Below are positions 27,301 through 36,238 of a stretch of 50,298 nucleotides of DNA, one piece after another. The translations under genes were made by a program, and so were the position numbers. Origin of the DNA: Seison nebaliae (lineage: Eukaryota); contig JALJEE010002890.1 of NCBI GenBank assembly GCA_023231475.1, positions 1 through 50,298 of the forward strand, read 5' to 3'. Under the pieces are notes generated by a model that searched no databases, was not told the DNA's origin, and saw only the letters and a program-made list of their open reading frames with translations. Within the stretch, counting starts at the first letter, position 1; each line of letters opens with the position of its first letter.

Positions 27301-28664
27301 ATACTAAATGTAGCTCAATGTCTGCTTCTTTATTGGAAATTTGACCAAATTATTTCCTTCCCATATACTCGTTTCAACTCGTTATTACCAATTCAATAAA
27401 TACCAGCTCTATTCTCATTCACCTTATCCTAATACATCATTTGCAACTCATGTAAATTTACGTTCCTCCTTCTTATCAATTAACAGAGAAAACAAACATC
27501 ATCTATTAGTATCTCTCCCACAACCATCAACCGGTTTGGTCACGGTTCTCCTTTTTTTCTTTCGCCATCAGAACCATTATTTTTCTTTTGGTTCACTGTC
27601 TATAGTATCACTTTTACTGATATCAATCAATTTTTATATAGAAAATATGTAGAATGTGGCCGGTCTGGCGGGGGGAATGTCTGTAACAGTTTCATCTCCA
27701 GATTTGAAGGCAATTTGTCATAATCCTTTAATGTTTCCCAACATTTTGTCATCATTAGTTAGATTAAAGTATTTCCACATGTCGCTAACACATACACACC
27801 TTATTTCCCGATCATTCCGCTCTCTAATTGAGAATAAGTAGAGAATGTAAATTTCGTCTATTTCCTCTAAACTAGCTATTAAGTCAATTTCCTTAATACT
27901 TTTATTCTCTAATCGTCCTATTTGGAGAAAGGTTAGAAATATCCTCCGACATTTTTTAATAATATAAATATATCCTAATCTTCCTGAATTCACGTGGTCT
28001 TGAGTGAATTGGTGGGAAGTATGTCGAATCATTTCGTGATAATAGGAAATTTTTACAAAACTTCGTATTATCTATTATTATTCTCCAATCGAATATGCAT
28101 ACTTACCTATTTAGTATTCATAATATGCTGGATATTGGCAAATTATCTCATCAATCTAATCGTCCATCTATCCAACAGTTATCTGACTAAGATTGCACGA
28201 TTCTTTCTAATTTATTGTGTGTAAATTGAAAAAAAATGTATAGGAACTGTAGCATGATTTTATATTAACATTTTAATAGAATAGATTATCAGGTTTTAAC
28301 GAACACCGTCGATGGGACGAAATAATATCGATGAAAATATTCCAAAAAGGATCATCATCTATATGAACGTATTTGAATAACAATAATCATATAAAAAAGG
28401 TGGAATAAAAAAGAAAACATTTTAATGGAATATCATCAATCGCGGAACGTTGGACTGATGCATAATTACGAAAAATGAATATGTTGCATCTGAATTGCAG
28501 GTGGACAAATTTTTGAGAAATTGTGAATTCTTCATTTATTCTCATCAATCATCAATCGACCAAAAACTGCATTCTACCTACGAAGTGCTTGTGGATGTGA
28601 GAAATATTTCGATGTACATAAGTTATTCAATTGTCAATTCGATAGCACCCACTCCTCATAGGCG

Positions 28665-31268
28665 ATGAGTGTTACTCTTAAAACGATTAATGATATACAT
28701 AGTCTCCAAACAGACAAATCCTTTCCTTTCATCCGGCAATTCAACTTGTCCCACAATCAAAAATACGATGAAGATGTTTCGGCCACATATAACTGGTCAG
28801 CTTTCCCATCTTCTCACAATACGTCGATATCCTCTGAAGATCATGAACGTCAACGGAATATTGCAATTTCTGCAAACTTCGATCAAATTTGCTCGATTAT
28901 TGTACCACTCATCTTTTCTTTGATAACATTAATAGGAGCTATAGGAAATTTCCTAGTCATCTATATCATCCTCATTAATCGCTCTATGAGATATACGACG
29001 ACGAACATCCTAATTTTAAATTTGGCATTTGCTGATATGTTGTTCATTCTTTTTTGTGTTCCTTGGACAGCATATGACCTGGCAACAGACGTTTGGCTCT
29101 TTGGAGACATGTGGTGCAAGATTTCATCTTATTCTACATATCTTACTGCCTTTCTCAGTGTCTATCTATTGGTGATCATGTCATTTGATAGATATTTGGC
29201 TGTAGTCCATCCGGTTAAGAGTGTCCGATTAAGAAATGCTAGAAATGCAATTATTGTATGCTTCTGGTTATGGATTGTATTGATCTTGGCTTGCATGCCA
29301 CTAATTTTCGTCCATCAACAATACACTTATAGTTATGATAACGTGACGAAAACCAGATGTTTGACAGTCTATCAGAAGATTAATGGAACAGACATCGACA
29401 GCCTATGTATTATGTACATGTCAATCTTTGGTAGTAGTTATGTTCTACCACTCATACTGATCTTGTCATTATATTCGATGATATTACAACGATTAAGAAA
29501 TGCGACGACAAATATGTCGTCAAATCGTGCGAAGAATGAGGTGGATGTGATTGAACCAAAACAAACCACTTCCGATAAAATCTCGTCGTTCTGTTCAAAT
29601 TGCCTCATGGGAAGTTGTTGTACTTGTTGTTGTTGTAAAATTTGTTGTCCATTTGGATGTTGTTGGAGACTTCTCAATAGATCATCCCTTATCAGATATC
29701 GACATACGAGGAGTACAGCTTATTCAATGGCGGCGAATAATGGTGAGAATCGTTTAGTTCAAAATGCTATCTATTCTAAATCATCAAGAGAAACCATTCA
29801 AAACATTTCCAGTGTATCACTAAGGCAACAAGAATGTTTATCTCCCAAAAGGAAGTTCGACAAGATGAATCTATTTCGTCGTACGAAACCAAACGGTGAT
29901 AAGAAAAGTATTTCGAAGGAAATGCAAAAGAGAAAACGGAAAGTCACACGAATGGTTACGATTGTCGTTGCAGTTTTCGCCATCTGCTGGGCACCATACC
30001 ATTTGTATAATGTTCTCAAATATTTGTTCAAGATTAACCCAAAAGCAATCGAACTACAAATTGCTTTCCGTACTTTCGCGATCCTTTCCCAAATAATGGC
30101 ATATATGAATTCATGTATCAATCCATTCCTTTATAATTGTTTATCAGAGAATTTCCGAATGAGTTTTATCAAACTATTGGGTTGTGCACCTTTGACAAGA
30201 TTAATTCTCAATAATAAATCAAAAAAGAAAATAGGAAGAAATAAAAAGACAACAAAGAACTTTATAGAGTTAAACCAAAAACCGAGAAAAATTCCGACGG
30301 ACACAGAATCGAAAATTGAACAACCACTTATCAGCAATCGAACAGAGAAAGAAAAATCGATAACTAATTCATTTAATCAGTTATCTAATAATTGTAATGA
30401 AGAGAAATCTTTTCAAAAAGTACCCATTGGTGACGACCATAAATCATTGAGAACCAACACTCCAATTGTCACATTAAAACCGAATGGAAAAGTTCCAGAA
30501 ACGAAAAGATTCTTATGTAGTTCAGAGACAGTTCATCAATTGACTAAAGTAAAATCGCTTTATGATAAACCAACGTCCTCTCTTCAATTTCCCCTCAAAT
30601 ATAACGACGTCTCATCTAATTCCACAAACAATTCGATCAAACAGTGTTCGCTTCCACCAGATCGACGATATGAAGATTTTGGTTTCCTCACTGGAATTCC
30701 TTTAACATATTCCACATTCAGTTTTAAAGATTATAAAAATAAAGATTTATTGATATTCAACAACAAACTTTCGATGGGAAATAATTTAGTGAAAAAGAAA
30801 ATTTATTGTTCTTCTCCATGTATGTCTTTTTACAATCGAGTTTTCTGGAGGAGAAAGTGTGAAAAGATGATGACGAAAAAGTTGAGATATGCGAAAACTG
30901 ATCGAATGTCTTATCATAGTGATTCAGTTGTAAGTTCCATAACAATCGACACATCGGTCAATTACCCAATAACCAATTCATCTCTATGCAAATCTTTAAT
31001 TGAGAAGAGTCACAAACAACCAAATAAAAAACGTACTCGAAAACCTATTTCCATCAACTTATGCAATGAATCGAATAAGACTTTTTTAATCTGCTCAAAA
31101 TTACCCAAATCATCTATAGCCACTATTGATATTCAAAAGAAAGTTAATAAGTTTGGGCAAATAGTTGAACTTCGTTCAATTGGAACCTGCACATTATTGA
31201 AAGCTTTGATTACCACTAAATCAATTAAACCTAATGATTGTACAATTGCTCATCGTCAAACACCCTAA
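28665..31268 (+). CDS. Class A neuropeptide GPCR, allatostatin-A/galanin receptor-like, single coding exon, 867 aa, with long ICL3 and C-tail
   Basis: GAIGNFLV, TTTNILILNLAFADMLFILFCVPWTA, WLFGDMWCK, MSFDRYLAVVHPV, KRKVTRMVTIVVAVFAICWAP and AYMNSCINPFLY match the AstA-R/galanin receptor family. Confidence 0.88.
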   Translation: MSVTLKTINDIHSLQTDKSFPFIRQFNLSHNQKYDEDVSATYNWSAFPSSHNTSISSEDHERQRNIAISANFDQICSIIVPLIFSLITLIGAIGNFLVIYIILINRSMRYTTTNILILNLAFADMLFILFCVPWTAYDLATDVWLFGDMWCKISSYSTYLTAFLSVYLLVIMSFDRYLAVVHPVKSVRLRNARNAIIVCFWLWIVLILACMPLIFVHQQYTYSYDNVTKTRCLTVYQKINGTDIDSLCIMYMSIFGSSYVLPLILILSLYSMILQRLRNATTNMSSNRAKNEVDVIEPKQTTSDKISSFCSNCLMGSCCTCCCCKICCPFGCCWRLLNRSSLIRYRHTRSTAYSMAANNGENRLVQNAIYSKSSRETIQNISSVSLRQQECLSPKRKFDKMNLFRRTKPNGDKKSISKEMQKRKRKVTRMVTIVVAVFAICWAPYHLYNVLKYLFKINPKAIELQIAFRTFAILSQIMAYMNSCINPFLYNCLSENFRMSFIKLLGCAPLTRLILNNKSKKKIGRNKKTTKNFIELNQKPRKIPTDTESKIEQPLISNRTEKEKSITNSFNQLSNNCNEEKSFQKVPIGDDHKSLRTNTPIVTLKPNGKVPETKRFLCSSETVHQLTKVKSLYDKPTSSLQFPLKYNDVSSNSTNNSIKQCSLPPDRRYEDFGFLTGIPLTYSTFSFKDYKNKDLLIFNNKLSMGNNLVKKKIYCSSPCMSFYNRVFWRRKCEKMMTKKLRYAKTDRMSYHSDSVVSSITIDTSVNYPITNSSLCKSLIEKSHKQPNKKRTRKPISINLCNESNKTFLICSKLPKSSIATIDIQKKVNKFGQIVELRSIGTCTLLKALITTKSIKPNDCTIAHRQTP

Positions 31269-34030
31269 CTTAAAAAATATTTGTAATGAACTTCTGATAT
31301 CCTCATCCCTAGTTTATAATCTTCAACCATTTTTTCTAAATAAAATGATTAATTTAAATAAATAAAAAGTATACATTTATTTATTACCTCACGTACCTAA
31401 AACTTCATCATAACCACGTTAATTCCTCGTTTTCGATATCATAATAAGACATTGCCGACATGTTATTTTAGACATAATAATACAACGTTCAATAAAAATT
31501 ACCTATCGACATTTTCCTGAACGAGGAAAATAATTTGGACACCATATCCAATAGGTCTCAAATCTAACATTAATCTAACACCATCTAACAGTCATCTGGA
31601 CCAACATAGGAAGTAAGAAAATTTAAAGTTTAAATCGTGAACAGAAAATGAAATTTATTCATCACATTATTTCAGTGTCTTCACCTTAAAATTATTTTCC
31701 TGCTAACCAAATCGAATTTATAAACTCTCTGTTGTTCTGTGCTCGTTCCGAGGTTTCGATTATCTCCTGCTGATCTACCTTTGCAGTTTTTCTATTATAA
31801 TCCATTGCTATTATAACATGTATTACCAATATTTAGGCTATAGATTTTCTAACTTACTTGACCAAATTAAACTTCACAATCTACCCCCATTGATTTGTAT
31901 ATCATTATCTCGATTAATATAGGAATGATAATTCTGAAAATCTGGTATGATATTTAAAAATATATTGGCTAGAAATTAGAGTAAAAAAATTATTGACCAT
32001 ACTAATATGCAATCTTATCCAAAATTTTGGTTAAAAATAATGAGCCCTTTTGTTCCCTATTTATATGACATAACTGTTCTCAATCTTACTGGAGAGTGAA
32101 TAATTCGTTTTTGGACAAAAAAAATTTAATATAAACATCTAACTTAAATATAGAAATATAAAAAATGAACTCCTTATCGGATTTTATAGAAATTTTATCG
32201 GCAACAACAACAGCAACACTTGAAGCAACAACAACAAGAATCAGGTGAGCAACTTGCTATTCGGCAAACTTTTGTTAAAGACAGAACAACATCTGAATAG
32301 AGTCGTAATGATCCATGAAAATAATTATGTTTTGCAACGTTATGTTTCCGTCCGCTTGAAATGCGATAAGTGTCGTAAGCTAAATACTGTTAAAATAGAA
32401 GAATATATATGAGATAAAGTGAAGATGTTAACCGATCCAGTAAAAATAGCACCTATACCACCAAAAATCGCATGCTTAATCTAAATGGCTTAGGATATAA
32501 TTATTATATTTAAAAACAAAATGAACTTCATTCCGGACTATTATGGCAATAGTTGTGAAACTTACAATGAATTGTAAGACCAAAATGGAAATGGTTAAGC
32601 AAACCGTTAATCGAAACTGGAAAGAAAATTTTATAAGATTTAAATCTCGAATCAAAAAGGAACTTTAGCTTGACAGGAAAATATGAAAAACCCAAAATTT
32701 ATCCAATTCGTTATACAAATTGTCATAAGAATCGAATCAGTTTTATGATACGCAGAGATAATGGCTACGGATAAACTGAAGATAGCAGTCTAGAGAAATA
32801 TAAACAAATTTTTTATCCGTTAACAAATTTAACAATTAGTAGAGTATAAAGAAAGGCGATGCATTGATGACGAAACAACCGATCAATAACAATCAATACT
32901 AAATAAACCAATAGCGCTAAGATGCTTAAAGAAATGAATTATTTTAGAATTAAGAGAACTGAATCGAACTATGACCCGATATAAATTGCTTTCGATTTCG
33001 CAACATATTCTTGAATTTCTTTACTAATATAAGAAAATAATTTTAAAAAAAAAGAAAAAGTGAAACATGAAAATGAATGTTGAGCAAAGTCCAGCAGAAA
33101 TTAATAATTCTATTAAAACGATCAATGTCACGAATCGAATGAATCGTTTCCTTTCTTTATGAGAAGCTTCTTCTAAAGTCTCTTCACTAGATAACTCGAC
33201 TGTATCTCCAAATATCTTTTGTTCGAGACATCGTCCTAGAATTTTTTTTGAGGAGAGAAACGTTAGTCAGCTAAATTCCAAAATAAACATATTTGGCAAA
33301 CCGAGTGTATCGCCCATTTTTGGGAAGAAAATAAATTGGCATAAATTTACTGTTGAATATTTGGTGAAGGTTAACACGAAACATTTTCACTTAATCATCA
33401 AATGGAGTTCGGATAACAGAGATGACTTGATGTGGAAAGAGCAACATGGGCAATATGGTTTTTGAAGTTTCTTACATTCAATTGACCTCATGACATGTTA
33501 AACATTCATTCGAAAATCCCAACAACAACAATATGTTGAAATAGAGACGGAAGAAGTTTTGTTTTCAATTTAGCAAGACCATCTTCATGGCTCAAAACGT
33601 ATTGACATAATTTACACTTTACTAGTTACACAAACTGAAATTTAAGAGGGAGAACATTTTTCACTAATTTTACTAATTTTTTTCTGATTATTTTCACTTT
33701 TCTCGAAGTAGAAATTTCACAATTTTTGTTAAGTAAAAGAATTAATGTTGATTTAGCTTATGTACAACATTTTAGTTTTATAATTCAATTTAATTAAAAC
33801 GAACGTTTTCCTTATATCTTTAAGGAAATTGCGACTAAAAAAAACTAATATCGTAATGACGATGATGTGAGAGATAACTAAAGTAATAAGAGAGTAGAAA
33901 TGGAAATATTTATTCCTCATAGAAAAATGATAAGAATTATGTGAACAATTATGAATGAAAAATATTATGATCATTTTGGATAATTTAATAATTTAACAAC
34001 AACAACAACATTTGACTATCGATAATTTAA

Positions 34031-34942
34031 ATGTTTGTTAGTGTCATCGGTTGCGGTTGTTTGGGGATTGAAATAACAACGACGTTGTTATATTATGGAT
34101 ATCATATCAGAATATTCGATAATAACGAAGATGATTTGAATAAAGCACATTCTCGAATTATAGCAAAAAAAAATCGTTTAATAAAAGACGAAAAACTTAA
34201 CCGGAATATTTTTGATTATGGAACAGTCTCATTTTTTTCTTCTTTAAGTTCTGCCTTGAAAAATGTCACAATCGTCCTCGAATGTATTACGGAAAATTTA
34301 GAATTAAAAAGGAAATTATTCGCAGAGATTTGTAACGAGACGACTGAAGATGTAATATTAACAACTAATTCGATGTTCATCCATCCGAGAGTTATTGCAA
34401 ATGAGAACAAAGAATTGATGAAACGTTTATTTGGAATGCGATTTCTCTATCCCGTTTTCTACAGTGATGAAGTACAATTTGTGATGAGTGAAGAGAATGA
34501 TTTGAGGAAGTTCAAGAAATTGGAACAATTCGTAGGAAGTCTCAACAAATTAATTACACTTCGTTCCAGCGTACCGAAAGTGATGACTCCAGATGAGCGC
34601 GATGCGAAAAAAATTCAATGGAAAAAAGATAATTCAAATATCGTCGGAAATTTTTCAACTGACATCAATAAGAGTAATTTAACTTTCTCCAGTAACTTCT
34701 CTCAAGAATTGGAAAAAATCATCGGAGTCGATTTACAATCGTCCAAAAAGTCAATGCAATCAAATGAAATGGATGCGTCTCAATGTGTCATCTGTATGGA
34801 TAATAAGAGAGACACACTCATCGAACCATGCCACCACTTTGCAATATGTTCATTTTGTGCGGAGAATCTTCGTGCTCGACATGATCATTGTCCAATTTGT
34901 CGTGGAACAGTTAAAGCTTTAGTGAAAGTATTTTATTCTTAA
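34031..34942 (+). CDS. Fusion of a 3-hydroxyacyl-CoA dehydrogenase NAD-binding (Rossmann) domain, predicted inactive, to a C-terminal C3HC4 RING finger (putative E3 ligase), 303 aa
   Basis: VSVIGCGCLG (GxGxxG), acidic residue at the end of beta2 (RIFD), LECITENLELKRKLF, LTTNS and GMRFLYPV. RING is CVICMDNKRDTLIEPCHHFAICSFCAENLRARHDHCPICR, ending VKVFYS*. Confidence 0.9.
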   Translation: MFVSVIGCGCLGIEITTTLLYYGYHIRIFDNNEDDLNKAHSRIIAKKNRLIKDEKLNRNIFDYGTVSFFSSLSSALKNVTIVLECITENLELKRKLFAEICNETTEDVILTTNSMFIHPRVIANENKELMKRLFGMRFLYPVFYSDEVQFVMSEENDLRKFKKLEQFVGSLNKLITLRSSVPKVMTPDERDAKKIQWKKDNSNIVGNFSTDINKSNLTFSSNFSQELEKIIGVDLQSSKKSMQSNEMDASQCVICMDNKRDTLIEPCHHFAICSFCAENLRARHDHCPICRGTVKALVKVFYS

Positions 34943-35054
34943 ATATTATAGGAAATTTCCAAATATATATTGTTTATTTCTTCTGTATATTCCAAAAAAT
35001 TATTTATTCTTTTGGCAATATATTTCTTTTAGAATCTCATCACTTCCAGATAAT

Positions 35055-36036
35055 ATGTCGTCATCGAATGATAAAGGAGTTCTGAAAATTTTATTTGATC
35101 CTGTTTGTCCGGTAGGAGAAATCGAGGAAGAATTAGAACAAAAGATAGTTAATTTGGAAGAATTCTTGAAAGAAGATGAAGATAAAAGTTTTTATAATTC
35201 TTTTAGTGAAATATTGAAATAAAATTTGGTTACAGATGAAATTGAGGAAAAAATAAAACTATTTACAAAGAAAGAAATTGAAGGTTCGCTAATTTCCATC
35301 ATTGTACAATCAGTAAATTGCCGATTTAGCTGTCGTTCTTGCTGAGAAGGAAAAAAATTATGAGGAATCGAGAACAAAACTGAATTTGTTGATTAATGAA
35401 TTGAAGAAAGAAATACCAGAAAATTTCCAATATTTACAATTTATTCTAACTGTAGTTGATAAGGAGGGATTATTGGAGGAAGGTTCTAAGAAATTTTTGG
35501 GTGTCGATTATTCGAAAGAAATGAAAAATGGAAAAAAGAAATATTTGAGATTTTGTGAGAAATTGTCATCGGTTTATAATAATCTGGCACAAGTAATACG
35601 ATTAGAATCGAATGATTCATCGAATGTCAATGAATCTTCCACTTGTCTTTTGTCAGCAATTCATAATCTCTTGACAAAAGAAGTTTATGAACAAATCAAA
35701 TCAAATAATTTACCAAGTGATATGAAATTATTGAAACAATATCTGCCTGAACAATCTCATCGACTCTTCGGACAATTATTCGCCCATTATGGAATGGTCT
35801 GTCGTATAATTAGTTCGTTCATTATAATTGATGTATCTTAAATAATATTGTTTTTTTTTTTGAGAATAGGTGGCAAAGATGAAATGAGTATTACTCATCA
35901 TTATGAAGTGGCTGCTTTGTTTGGAAACGAATGGGCGAAAAAGACAATCGTTCAACAGAATCCATATGCTGCTCTTTGTAATTCGATGTTGAATCAAATG
36001 ATGGCACCATATCGACAACCAGAACAAAATGCATGA
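35055..36036 (+). CDS. TTC36: Tetratricopeptide repeat protein 36 homolog (~276 aa)
   Basis: join(35055..35187,35236..35283,35330..35812,35870..36036) = 831 nt, in frame. N-terminus MSSSNDKGVLKILFDPVCPVG, SVYNNLAQVIRL and C-terminal AALFGNEWAKKTIVQQNPYAALCNSMLNQMM match the TTC36 signature (NPYAALCNxMLxxMM). Confidence 0.9.
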
Positions 36037-36238
36037 AATCCTCATGTGAGTAAGTTACGAATAACAACGGGACTATTGGAATTTCGTTCAACTCTTTTTT
36101 TGTTCGACTGATAATGGGAAGATTGTTGCTCGTCATCTGTATCGACATCTGATTCGATCGATATTGCTACATCTGGTAACAAATACTTCACATCTATATT
36201 ATATAATTTATTCAATAATTTAAAATAAAAAAAAAAAA

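Noticed and set aside
28099..28108. ATACTTACCT, identical to the U1 snRNA 5' end
   Set aside because: No U1 stem-loops or Sm site downstream; it is also simply a reverse-strand donor consensus
25848..28224. Cluster of 60-105-aa ORFs on both strands upstream of the AstA-like receptor
   Set aside because: No recognisable motifs and no consistent splice model; probably regulatory DNA or 5' UTR introns
31562..31590. ATCTAACA repeated three times
   Set aside because: Too short and irregular to support a functional repeat
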